Positions 40,791 through 53,431 of a stretch of 64,000 bases of DNA are shown piece by piece. The notes under the pieces were generated by a model, which saw nothing but the letters and a program-made list of their open reading frames with translations, was not told the DNA's origin and did no database searches. The translations under genes were made by a program, and so were the position numbers. This DNA is from Laetmonice hystrix (taxonomy: Eukaryota), in contig OZ249442.1 in NCBI GenBank assembly GCA_965235115.1, forward strand, positions 13,268,001-13,332,000. Reading direction: 5' to 3'. Each line of letters opens with the position of its first letter. The stretch's first letter is position 1.

Positions 40791-42429
40791 AGAAGGCTCA
40801 TATCTAATGAACATTCTTTAGTTATAACGGTCAGACTGAGAAGTATTTATTAAGAAAATAAGGTAGGTGCCATGTATTAGTAACCGGTTTGACTAGGTAA
40901 GGTATGATGTGCTGACAGTGAGTGCGGTACACCTGGATGGTGTACCTGTGCTCAGATCAAAGGCGGAATATTGATAATAATATCCGCCGGGTGGGTCTGT
41001 TTTGAGATCAGATGTCTGTAGGTATGTCACAGTGCCACGGAGGTATAGGTGAACTCGCGACAAGACACGCGGGGGGGGGGGGAGGGAGGGGGACGCATAC
41101 GTCATCGCGTTGCCTTGGTTACATTTTAATATACCTGCTCATCACTATTGTTCCTCCAATAAAGCGGTGCAGTATTGTAGCAGCGGTACGCGGACAGACA
41201 TGCGTGCACATAAGGGAAAGAAAATGTGGTTTTAAAACATATTCATATATTTGTCAGAGCGGATGCTTCTGTTTATGATATAGGATCGGTGTAGTCGCAA
41301 AGAAACGTTATACGCAAACCGTATTATATTGATCGAAGTTTCAAGTGTTGCTCACATGAAAAGACACAGAATCGTATCAGTCAGTGTAACAAACGTTCCG
41401 TTTCCCGTGTCGTGTGCAAGAGACTTGCAGCAAAACAAGAGCAGAAAGTATAATCCACAGCATGATTGGCGTTTAAGTAGAACTTGTTATTACAGCGGCA
41501 CCAACGTGACGGACATGTGACATAATGATATCGGGCCACTTTGTAGTTTAACAAGGGGAGGCGGGCTCGCCCTAGTACCTTTGTCCACACGGTACACACC
41601 TGGGCCCACCTGAGTGATGTGGGAGATGAAAGGGAAACGCTGTGACAGGGGTGAGGTGCATGATCCTGTGACAAGGTCCTTCATGGCGTTGACAGGTGAG
41701 GAGGGATGAGTGAGCAGGTGAACTGATGATGATGATACCGTCGCCGTTGTCATGGTTTCGGAGTATGTATGTGTACGCCTCAGACGAACCAAGTGCAGAA
41801 CTGTTTGAATCTTAAATACTGAAGTGTGGCGGTCTGTGCTGTCGCACATGCTCCATGTGGTACAACGAATTGTCTCGGAGTGCTTGGCATGCAGTGTTGG
41901 ATTACCAAGTTGTTACTAGTATTGACATCACAATAATTGTAATATCCAAGGTGCTTGGATAGCGGTCTTTAAGTCCTGGACCTTGTCTTCCCGACTCTGG
42001 GGGCCTCGGGTGGGGGGAGGGGTAGACCTGAATTCTGTACTAGTTTGAAAGTCAAGTGATTGCACTATGAGCTTCCTCGGCCTTTAATGCCCTGATTGAA
42101 GGCCAGGTAAGGGCCAGTGTGAGTGCGAGTCGGTGACAGACTAGGCGGTACTCGCCGTATATTGCCAGCCATGTGGGCGGTGGGTTCGGACAGATTCGGT
42201 CCTCATTCATCCAACCATTCACTCCCATGGTCAGTTACCTTCCTGTTCGCTTCACAGGTGATATAAAAACGCAGGTGATCCATCGTTCACCTCTTGATCG
42301 CAGGGTTAGGCCAGGATGTAGTGGCCGAACAACTGACCGATTGACCAGCCGGTTGCCCCATGAAGTGCAGGTGGTCACCCAAAATAGTGCAGAGGATTGC
42401 TCTGAGATGGCTGTGAGTGTGTGGTGACT

Positions 42430-42547
42430 CAGAGTGACCGTGGCTCAGTTACATGGTGGCGTATGGCCCAGACTGACCGTGGCTCACTTACATGCTGTCG
42501 TATGGCCCAGACTGACCGTGGCTCACTTACATGGTGTCGTATGGCCA
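42430..42547. repeat. 39-bp tandem repeat, 3 copies
   Basis: CAGA(G/C)TGACCGTGGCTCA(G/C)TTACATG.TG.CGTATGGCC starts at 42430, 42469 and 42508. Confidence 0.9.
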
Positions 42548-45527
42548 TTTAGATCACCAGATACAGAACTTCCATGGTGAAACCTGATATTCAAGGCAGG
42601 CTGGAATTACAGCCTGCTAACTGCAGATATCAGATCTCAGACTAAATTAACCCGGGAGGGGTGGGGATCTATACAGGAAGAATTATCGCTGTGATGGATT
42701 CAATTCAAAGAATACAGTGTGTTAATTTACTGTACGCGCCATGGGACTCATATACTGTGATAGAAGACTGCCTGGCGGTTAACACACCGCCTTCCCTTCA
42801 GGCTTCTGATCATATATCACGATACGGCACTCAAACATTCCCACTGACCTCAGTTAAGGCAAACATATTTGAACTATACTTATCAGAAATACACCTCTAC
42901 AGTCGCTTGCTATAACCAAGCTAAATAAATGGTCATGAATTAATTATATCCGTTTCAATATCAGCGTTCACAGAACTTTCACATGTCTCAAAATCTAGGA
43001 ACAGAGTAGAATGATCAAAATCTGGCCAACCCCATCTACATATACACGATCTAAGTGGTGAGGGGGGCGGGCTTGACCAAGCCGAACGGTCATCGGTCAA
43101 GCGGTCGGGCCAGGGGGCAGCACCGTCTGCCATCCGTCTTCATCTTGAGCCTGCTCCCTGAGGGGCTGTCCCTGGAGTGGGAGAATATCCTGCCCAATGT
43201 CCGCTAGATCTCTCATAATAAAATGGAATAACACTATTGATCATTCACCTAGGGCGTCAGCGACAAAATCCATCATAGTAATCTTTGCCTTAAAGCAGCG
43301 TTCCCACCACACTCCACTCAGCGTCGGTACAGTCGACCCCTTCACACGACAACGTCGGATTTCAAATGCAGTTTCTTATCCCATTTTCCTTTCGCACTAA
43401 TTCAAAAGAAAACTTTCCGTGTTTTATTTGACTAAGGATTAATGATCACATGACCATTATCGTCTTAGGGTTTATATTTTTACCATGTGACCTGAGGACG
43501 AATAACGTTTTGAGGATGTAAACCTCCAACCAAGCTGTTGATCGCTATATTTGGTGCTTGTCCAATCTTGTACGTATTTGACACAAAAATATGGATGAAA
43601 CGATTTGATATCGGATCATCCGAGGAAAAACTCCGCCCTGTTTAAAGCTTTGCAAACTGTATAATGGTGCACCGGTCCTGGTTGAAGCATAACAAACGAC
43701 ATTGAACAAACCATCTGCCTGTATGGGGACGAATCCCGTAAAATCGTCCACTATGCCTGGATTGACCCGCAAGCTTAGCTCGGGGACGACCCACTTTTGT
43801 TAAAGGGAAAACAGGTGTTTGTACATGTTTTCACACATTATCCGACGTTTAGATCCCTCAGTTGGTGCTCTGAGCTCGTCTGCCTCAGATGGGATTAGCT
43901 CGGTTTTGTCGCCACCTAAAAACGATTAAGGTGACGGAGAGAAGAAAAAGTGACACGATAGAGATAGAGATAGAGAGAGAGTAGCCAGGTGGTTGTAGAC
44001 GCGCTCTCACATGTGGCTTGTTGCATGGCGTGCTGGGTGGCTCGCCTGGCCGGGGAGGAGGGATCATCTGTAACTGTTTGCTCAGGCGTTCATTGCTGCA
44101 GGAAATACTCGCTACAGAACACCTCCCCACACACACCTACCCATTACTCAACCCCCTTTTTTATTTATTTTTCTAAGGTGTAGACATGATCGTAGACGGT
44201 ATCGGTAACAAATCAGGGCCTCCGAGATTAAAACGTGTCGTCAAATAAAACCTACGACTAATGCCCCATTTTACTGTCGCACTCGACGATACCCTTCATG
44301 AATCATCGACGAAACTCTGATTTTTTTTCTGAATGGGACAGCTTTTTATAAGGATTTGATGAACACGTTGAAGAAACCGGATAGCCCTCCCAGGTAGAGA
44401 TCGGGAAATAGAAATGACACTGAGGAGGCGGAGGTTGGATATATGGGAGGTGGTTTCCCGCCGGGGCACGGAACTGGGGAAGGGTTCACCTTGGGGGGGT
44501 AACACAAGAAGAGGGTGGTGTCACAAGGTCAGGGTGTCGCCCGTCCCCTAGCACCCCCATCCCCACCTTCTCACCCCCTTCGAATCCCTCATGATCTATG
44601 GTGCGGCAAACCGACGGTTCCCTGATCCACCTGCTTGCATCATTGCACGTCCGTCCCCGGCCGACCACCACAAGCTGTACGCACTCGTTGAACGCCATGT
44701 ACCATCCGCTCCGCCATAGAACAGGAGCATGGGCGGATTGCTTGTTTGACATTCGCCACTCTGTGCCACAATCATTGCCACATGATATTAACGATTGCCG
44801 TACGCGATGATATTTGTACTTTGTAAGGACTGTTGCGGTCGGTCGCCCTGTCAAACGCAAACAGCGACCCCTAGGGGCAAGTGTCAGACTTATTCGGATA
44901 GACTGCCACCTCTTGCCCACTTTATTACATCAGGCTCGGAATATCCTCCGGGGCCTTCACATATACTTTCTACAAGCTAATTACCCTCTCTACTGTTTTC
45001 AAATAAACTATACCAATGACAGGGTTTTTAAAAAATAAAAAGTAGAAGTAGAATTTTACGCTTTAGGGTATGTTGTAAATTTGGAGCGAAAGGTATAGGG
45101 TATATATGCACAAAGAAAGGGGTTGTTGTGTCATTATTTTGGTTTTCTGAAATCCAGTTTTTATTGTTTTTAATTTTTCCTACTGAATAACTCCCTCAAA
45201 ACTTTGACGTATTGTTTTAATTTGTTAGCGTTTTATGTGTGACCAGTGAGGGACAGTTGCCGTATCTGTTTTTGGCCCTATGGATGGGCCCACAGCCACG
45301 GTTGGCCTCTCTATAGGAGGTTCACAATCAGAATCAGGTAAAAGGTTTTAAGGTGAGATAAACGACTTCGACTTGAAACACTCGTCACTGATATAGCGCT
45401 ACAGAGTCGAGGAGAACCGATTCTTGTTGTTTTACTGAATATTTAGTGAAATGTTTCACTTTTATCGCGCAGGTACACAAATACATTGGTATAGATTTCT
45501 GAGGGGCACGGAAAACCAAACGTTGTT

Positions 45528-46333
45528 GTTGAAACCGGACGGTTTCGTGCAGTTGGTTCAACATGAGGGATATTGCTGTCACACATCGAAACATTGAAGT
45601 CCCGACCAGTTGAAACAAGACGGTTTCGTACAGTTGGTTCAACATTAGGGATATTGCTGCCACACATCGAAACATTGAAGTCCCAACCAGTTGAAACGGG
45701 ACGGCTTCGTGCAGTTGGTTTATCATTAGGGATAGTGCCACACATCGAAACATTGAAGTCCCGACCAGTTGAAACGGGACGGTTTCGTGCAGTTGGTTCA
45801 TCATTAGGGATATTGCTGCCACACATCGAAACATTGAAGTCCCGACCAGTTGAAACAAGACGGTTTCGTGCAGTTGGTTCATCATTAGGGATATTGCTGC
45901 CACACATCGAAACATTGAAGTCCCGACCAGTTGAAACGGGACGGTTTCGTGCAGTTGGTTCAACATTAGGGATATTGCTGTCACACATCGAAACATTGAA
46001 GTCCCGACCAGTTGAAACAAGACGGTTTCGTACAGTTGGTTCAACATTAGGGATATTGCTGCCACACATCGAAACATTGAAGTCCCAACCAGTTGAAACG
46101 GGACGGCTTCGTGCAGTTGGTTCAACATTAGGGATATTGCTGCCACACATCGAAACATTGAAGTCCCGACCAGTTGAAACGGGACGGCTTCGTGCAGTTG
46201 GTTCAACATTAGGGATAGTGTCACACATCGAAACATTGAAGTCCCGACCAGTTGAAACGGGACGGTTTCGTGCAGTTGGTTCATCATTAGGGATATTGCT
46301 GCCACACATCGAAACATTGAAGTCCCGACCAGT
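45528..46333. repeat. Minisatellite, 81/78-bp units, 10 copies
   Basis: GTTGAAAC unit starts are at 45528, 45609, 45690, 45768, 45849, 45930, 46011, 46092, 46173 and 46251. Confidence 0.97.
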
Positions 46334-46854
46334 CAGTCAGAGGTCTGGGATGGGGAGGGGGTGTAGGTCGCGCGGCAAACAAGGCAATTGTCGGACTGTG
46401 ATTGGGACTTGGAGCACTGATACATGAATCATTATAACCCACAGTCGGCTGGTAGCCACAGTGACCGCCGGTCAGCACTGACCTCAGCGACCAATGACGC
46501 CAAATACCCTGTTACTTTCTGTCTCTGCTCGTAATTCTCCCATATCAGCACTGTTCGAAACGACCAGCGGAACACTTGGTATTCATGAGAAATACGTGGA
46601 GAAGTATTCGTCCTAGCACGGCTTGGGTACTTAGGGTCTATCGGAATTCTGTGGGGGCAGTCGTTGACCCTTCACAATACTGAATATATCGTCCCATGTC
46701 GCCCGATCCGCCCTGTACATAGATACTCAGAGTACTCGAGTATCCATTCTGTTACCTTTCTGTCCACGAGCCAATATTCAGGTGGACTGATCCTACTAGT
46801 AGGCCTATATAAAAGTCCTATCTTTTTGAATGACACTCTTCATGTGGGTTTGGC

Positions 46855-47040
46855 ATAAAGGCATCCGTGAGGGATAGAGAGTATTTCAGGATAAAGGCAT
46901 CCGTGAGGGATAGAGAGTATTTCAGGATAAAGGCATCCGTGAGGGATAGAGAGTATTTCAAGATAAAGGCATCCGTGAGGGATAGAGAGTATTTCAGGAT
47001 AAAGGCATCCGTGAGAGATAGAGAGTATTTTAAGATAAAG
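46855..47040. repeat. Minisatellite, 36-bp unit, about 5 copies
   Basis: ATAAAGGCATCCGTGAGGGATAGAGAGTATTTCAGG starts at 46855, 46891, 46927, 46963 and 46999. Confidence 0.95.
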
Positions 47041-47410
47041 TTGGTAAGATATTCTGCTGTTGCCAGAGATAAAAGGTCTTGAGGACTGAACATTTAATTT
47101 GCTCTCGATGTAATTATTGGAGATGTAGCGGCCTTGGAATTACAGAAGAGCAACTATAATGCAATTAATAAAGCGGCTTTTCTATTTAATAATTAATAAT
47201 ATACGTCGTTCTCTTCCTGGAAGTTTGATGATTCTTATGCATAATTTGTATCGGACACAAAAGAATACAACGGTGATATCGGGACTAGATCCCTGCAGCA
47301 TTTGATTTCGTACCAGTTGACAACATGATATGGCGAGTTGCCACTGTAATCGGCCGAAGTTGCCACTTTCGATACCAGCCCCACACCACTCGTCCGTCCG
47401 CTGGCACAGT

Positions 47411-47470
47411 AGATCTCTGGACCCACAGCCGGTCCATAGATCTCTGGACCCACAGCCGGTCCATAGATCC
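47411..47470. repeat. 27-bp tandem duplication
   Basis: AGATCTCTGGACCCACAGCCGGTCCAT occurs at 47411 and 47438. Confidence 0.85.
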
Positions 47471-47925
47471 ATGAAGTGACTGAGCACTGTTGGCATCTAC
47501 CGGCCACAGGACTGACACTGCTGCAGAGACTGTGTGGGCTCTTTCCCCATCATCGGAGGGGAGAATGGTTGGCACAAATTGAGGCGGCAAGTTTGGCAGC
47601 ACTTGACATTTGGCATCACTGGACATTGTAGTGTGTGTGGGTGTGTCAGTATCGGTGAGGGATGTTACCAACCAAAGGTTGCCGGTCGGGAGGAACGTTA
47701 CTCAGCGAATTGACAGAAACTCCGATTCGTTTCGAATCCTGACTTCGGAAGGGCCTCGGTTTTTGATACTTGGGAGTCCATAGCAGGCAATCATAGCACA
47801 ACAAGTCCGCTGAATCATAATAAATCTGCTTAAATATGTCCATAAAAAATCGCTGTTTTCTACTCTCCTGTTTCCTTGACCTCCATAAAGTGAAATGTTT
47901 TTTTTTTTGTTTTTTCCCCGCATAG

Positions 47926-48072
47926 ATTTCGAGAAGTATGGAAGTTGTGGCGGTGCCTTCCAGTGTGACAACAAGAAATGTGTGGACAAAAGTTTGATGT
48001 GTGATACCATCGACCACTGCGGCGACTTCAGCGACGAGTCGGCATTTGGCGGGGCACAGTGTGGCAAGATGG
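47926..48072 (+). CDS. LDL-receptor class A module exon of the CUB-LDLa gene
   Basis: The acceptor is ttttgttttttccccgcatag| and the donor is ATGG|gtaagt. The 147 nt are symmetric phase 1-1. The peptide CGGAFQCDNKKCVDKSLMCDTIDHCGDFSDESAFGGAQC has six Cys and the DxSDE calcium-binding motif of LDLa. Confidence 0.93.
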
Positions 48073-48097
48073 GTAAGTACTGGAACCACGCTCAGAC

Positions 48098-48218
48098 CTG
48101 GGACCATTTCTTTCAAACTGAAGTTCTAACTTCAGCTTTAGCTTGACGACCAGCCAATCAGAGGCGTTACACTAAAACTTTAGCAAGAACTTAAGTTTGA
48201 AAAAAGACCCGGGCCCAG
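48098..48218. mobile_element. About 120-bp MITE with terminal inverted repeats
   Basis: The left end CTGGGACCATTTCTTTCAAACTGAAGTTCT matches the reverse complement of the right end (CTGGGCCCGGGTCTTTTTTCAAACTTAAGTTCT). It has a central CCAGCCAATCAG and is related to 14460-14580. Confidence 0.65.
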
Positions 48219-48871
48219 TTGTAAACTCATGCAGGTCTGGGCGCTCGTGATTATTGGCTGATATAGGCGGTCCTCGTAATGTCCTCTGACATGTTGGTGG
48301 TTACTGACGTGAACGGGGATTTATTTTTATCACACCAGTGTGAATACAAAACAAAAGATTGATTTACATAAACATAAGCTTGGATCAATGGTGGTAGTAA
48401 ATTTTCTTATTTTTATGGTGTGTGGGCGTGGTTGTTTCAACACTACATAATATAACAGAACACTCCATGAATGTGAAAAAAGGGGATTACTGAAAGGGAA
48501 TTGGAAACCACTGCAGCAATGCATGTTTGAGGAAAGCACTGTATCAGGTATATGTAAAGTAGAGCTTACATGGTGAATGGTTAGGGAGAATTTGATGGGC
48601 GGAGAATTGATAGGTAGCACTTGATGGACGGACAGTGGATAGGGAGATGTGCATTTCAAACAAAAATGTCGAAATGGTGCGGATTCGGCAGGAAGAGGCA
48701 GCCGGTAGTACAGATTAAAGGTATCAGCTATTCGGTGGTATTCATTTTAGTCGTCAAAACTGCAAATGAAATATCCAGTTCGAGGTGCGTTTGAGGGAGT
48801 GGAGAGCGAAGGGGGTGTACTAGTATAATTTCCGTCTTGTCTAGAGCCAAATAAAAGGACATTTGGGATGA

Positions 48872-49292
48872 AGTTGTATGGCATACCTCAGCGGTTGTGG
48901 TATCATCACAGGGTACGGGTACTGGTATAAGAGGACACCTTCAGAACCACACCATTCACATCAAATTTTCATGGCTCAGTTGTATGGCATACCTCAGCGG
49001 TTGTGGCATCATCACAGGGTACGGGTACTGGTATAAGAGGACACCTTCAGAACCACACCATTCACATCAAATTTTCATGGCTCAGTTGTATGGCATACCT
49101 CAGCGGTTGTGGTATCATCACAGGGTACGGGTACTGGTATAAGAGGACACCTTCAGAACCACACCATTCACATCAAATTTTCATGGCTCAGTTGTATGGC
49201 ATACCTCAGCGGTTGTGGTATCATCACAGGGTACGGGTACTGGTATAAGAGGACACCTTCAGAACCACACCATTCACATCAAATTTTCATGG
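48872..49292. repeat. Minisatellite, 106-bp unit, 4 copies
   Basis: Near-identical units produce duplicate ORFs offset by 106 bp (48897, 49003, 49109, 49215). Confidence 0.95.
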
Positions 49293-51399
49293 TCTACAAA
49301 AGCCCTTAATGGAGTAGAAGCTTTGAATGAGAACATGATCGTTTCGTACGTAAGTCTTAAATTATTGACCACGGCAGTGTTACAGTTTGTCAGTGTTGAT
49401 TTATTGTAACATCACAATACCCTAGTAGAACTATTCGTCTTCTAAGGTAACCAGAACTCTAATATGATGAGAGAGACTAAGAAGTAATCGACATGAAAGT
49501 AAAGTACAGCAATGTAGTATCTTTGTTGAACAATTACTTAATGGTCAGTGAGAAGGCTACCTTGAAGGAATAGAGCTTCACTGTCCATTGCTGTCAGTGT
49601 AGATAAGTACCACAACGAATCCTGGTACTGTCATTTCAGCTTTCTCACTCGTGTCTCTCAATGAAATATTCATGAGGCAAATGACACCATTTCACACGTC
49701 AGATAGCACAGGATAAGTCAAAGTGGGACTTTCTTCTCCAAGCCTCACGGTAGATTGGTCGATGAGTGCCGAGGCATTCAGCCCAGCAGTCACAAAGATA
49801 AAAACTACCCAAGTATTGATAACTGTCATATTTCCGTTACGACATGAGAAGTGATTTAATAATTCATGCCTTTTAGAGAGTGGGGTTTTTGTAAGAATCC
49901 TTTGGAAAGCTAAATTTACCATTCTAAACAGGCAGTAATGAAGGAAATTGTTCACTAAGGCGGAAATCCGACATTAGAAATGCTAAAGCTATTGGAGTTT
50001 AATTGATAAAAATCTCTGAAGACCTAAACCCCAGTTAGCCGTTGAACAGAATTGAAAAGGACTATTCTATTTGCCATCGTGGAAACAGAAACACAGTGAG
50101 GTTTAATGAATTTAATTAACAAAAGTCTCTGAAGATAAAGATTATATACAATGCGAAGTTGTAATATGACAGTAATAAACAGAACAGAGCAGGACTGCGT
50201 GTATTGTATTTAATATACTGTAGTGGAAATAGGAACAAAATAAAGGCAGCTTAGCCAACAACCTGCTCTTGTACCTCCATGCTGGCTGGAGTAAATTATC
50301 AGTGTGACATTTTCTGAATCATGAACAAGTTGATGTAATCCAGGATTACGCCTGATCCGCAGGTGTTAATCCCAGGTGTTTTGCTCCAGGTGGTGTGTGT
50401 GTGTGTGTGGGGGGGGGGGGGTGTATGGAGAGAGATGTCCCCTGATTGTCATACCTCAGGTGTCAAATAACCTACGGACGGCAGACAAAACGTGTCCCAG
50501 GCAGTGACCAAAACCTGACACACAGGTTCACTGATGGGAGAGCATTTCGCTCACTGTCATCTCTCCCGGCGTCCGTATTAAACACAACCAGATTTAATTT
50601 AATCAACTCTATTAAAAACAGAAATAAGTTCGGAAAAAAATAGCAAAGGTAATTACAAATTAGGAATGAAAAATTCTTGCAGGATTTCAGTGGTTGCTTC
50701 TCGAGATCCTATTTCAATTTAGTCGAAGGTGAAGATGATATTTTTTTTTGCGAAGGATGGCTGGGTGGTTGTCGAAGTGCTTGCCAGAAAAAAACTGCTG
50801 TAATTTTCCAAGTTTTATTTTCCCCAGTAAATCTTGTCACTTTATCCGCGTAAGTGATTTTTTTTTATTAGATTTGATGAAGCAGTGATCTTGTCACTTG
50901 CTAACAGACTTGTGAAATTGATTGTGAACACGGGAATTGGATTTTGACAAAGAAAGATCCATGTTGTTGAAGGGAAGGGGCTGAGAGCCTCAGATGGTGG
51001 AAAGTAGAAATAATTCTGAGTAAAACCTGTTTTTTGTTTAATTCGGTGTACATCCAGGTATGACGCCAAGATCGTGGCCACATTTATCCTGTTACAGCCA
51101 AGGATGTTTTCACGACGGCAAATTGTTTTGATAGAATGCCGAGCCAACAAATTGTTGAAGAGGTTCAGAAGTCAGGCAGTCTGTTAAAGCCGGGTTTCGT
51201 GCCAGGTGACTGACAGCGCACCTGGTGGCAGGGCCAGGTACTGCTGGTCAGCACGTCCGGCGTGAGTTGTGCCTGTTTACAGACAGGTGGCGCTGTCAGG
51301 ACCTGACCTATGGCGAGATACGTTTGTGTTTGTGGTAACTGGTCGTGTTTGTGTCGGGCATGCACATTGGTCGGTTGAGGATCTGAGAAAGACCGTCAG

Positions 51400-52333
51400 G
51401 TGTGGGGTTTGATAGGGAGGTGGGGCCCTACATGTAGGTGTGATGAGGAGTGGGGTCCCAAGTGTGGGGTTTGATAGGGAGGTGGGGCCCTACATGTAGG
51501 TGTGATGAGGAGTGGGGTCCCATGTGTGGGGGTTGATAGGGAGGTGGGCCCTACATGTAGGTGTAATGAGGAGTGGGGTCCCAAGTGTGGGGGTTGATAG
51601 GGAGGTGGGGCCCTACATGTAGGTGTGATGAGGAGTGGGGTCCCAAGTGTGGGGGTTGATAGGGAGGTGGGGCCCTACGTGTAGGTGTGATGAGGAGTGG
51701 GGTCCCAAGTGTGGGGGTTGATAGGGAGGTGGGGCCCTACGTGTAGGTGTGATGAGGAGTGGGGTCCCAAGTGTGGGGGTTGATGGAGAGGTGGGGCCCT
51801 ACATGTAGGTGTGATGAGGAGTGGGGTCCCAAGTGTGGGGGTTGATGGAGAGGTGGGGCCCTACATGTAGGTGTGATGAGGAGTGGGGTCCCAAGTGTGG
51901 GGGTTGATGGAGAGGTGGGGCCCTACGTGTAGGTGTGATGAGGAGTGGGGTCCCAAGTGTGGGGGTTGATAGGGAGGTGGGGCCCTACGTGTAGGTGTGA
52001 TGAGGAGTGGGGTCCCAAGTGTGGGGGTTGATAGGGAGGTGGGGCCCTACGTGTAGGTGTGATGAGGAGTGGGGTCCCAAGTGTGGGGGTTGATAGGGAG
52101 GTGGGGCCCTACGTGTAGGTGTGATGAGGAGTGGGGTCCCAAGTGTGGGGGTTGATGAGGAGGTGGGGCCCTACGTGTAGGTGCGATGAGGAGTGGGGTC
52201 CCAAGTGTGGGGGTTGATGGGGAGGTGGGGCCCTACATGTAGGTGTGATGAGGAGTGGGGTCCCAAGTGTGGGGGTTGATGGGGAGGTGGGGCCCTACGT
52301 GTAGGTGTGATGAGGAGTGGGGTCCCAAGTGTG
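51400..52333. repeat. G-rich minisatellite, 62-bp unit, about 15 copies
   Basis: GTGTGGGGGTTGATAGGGAGGTGGGGCCCTAC(A/G)TGTAGGTGTGATGAGGAGTGGGGTCCCAA recurs with a 62-bp period (e.g. 51585, 51647). Confidence 0.97.
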
Positions 52334-53173
52334 CGGTTTGTAAGTGACCTGTGAGATGCTTGGTCTTAGCCATCTTTTCTTTATTATTAATTGAATCAAT
52401 GAATCCATAATAGCGATGTCCAAATAGTCGGGGATCCAGACACCCAAAATTTGAGAGGACCTGACATGGCTTGCTATACTTTTTGTTTGTGTTTTTTCTA
52501 TTAAATTGGTCATTAAGGTCCACTGAATGAGAGGTCTGCTCTGCTGGAAACCTTGCGAAAAAAAATTGTGGCCATTTTTGTATATGCGCTCTTTGTTTTT
52601 TTTAGGGAAAAATGTGAAATATGTATTTTTTCTTAGAATCTATGGTGGGTTGTGCAGGCTGTCAATAAATGCATCCCAGATACACAGAACACATGTGTTG
52701 ACAACATCAAGTTCAGAAATCCACTTACAAAACCTTTCCAAATGATTTAGCATCATTTTTATGCAAAAGCGCCCCTGATTTTTTGGCATTTTTTCATTAT
52801 CTTCATCTTTACTTCATTAATAATCAAATATAAACCCTAAGTTATGACATAAGGCAATGTGTTATTCTTTTAAGGCAAACATTATAGTCATTCCACAGTA
52901 AACATTTTGAAAATCAAACCAAAATCAGTGGATCTGTGGTGATTTCATTAACCCTACCCCCCAAACTGCAAATTGTGTCCGAGACATCAATGTATTTGAT
53001 TTGACTACTATTGCGTTTTATAGGCTATTAACAGAGGCATCCTTGGAGCTTCCAGTTATTTTCTACTTAATTTCCAGATGTTTCAGGTTAAAAACAGGGA
53101 CCAAAAGACTTACTATTACCCTTTCTCCCAGATATTCCCAGAGATGCAACGTATATTTATATTTAGCATCATG

Positions 53174-53431
53174 CAAAGGCGAACCCAGAGGGGGGCACAG
53201 GGGGCACGTGCCCCCTCTTTAGCTTCACTAATTAGGCCTATGCACGGCTATAGCCTACTTATTTCGAATTAATTTTAACACTGACGGTGTACCTCAAGGA
53301 AACCCCGAGCTATTATCTAGGCCTATACCTCTAAAACTCTAATTCAAGAGCATGAGCTTTAATTAGTAATGCAAACAATCATGAATTGTTTTTCTGTGCC
53401 CCCCTTTAGTGAAATCCTGGATCCGCCAGTG
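53174..53431. mobile_element. 258-bp MITE nested in the foldback element
   Basis: Imperfect TIRs (CAAAGGCGAACCCAGA vs reverse-complement CACTGGCGGATCCAGG) are flanked by a direct repeat TCATG (53169-53173 and 53432-53436). Confidence 0.6.

Noticed and set aside
44590-44720. KLYALVERH / MYH fragment resembling Helitron Rep
   Set aside because: It needs a frameshift, and the flanking Rep motifs (QxRGLPH, GPCG) are absent.
45443-46309. Minus-strand repeat peptide MCGSNIP...VSTGRDF resembling a CUB CG..P...STG motif
   Set aside because: It is on the opposite strand, has an in-frame stop just upstream, has no usable splice sites and lacks nucleotide similarity to the CUB exon, so it is probably chance.
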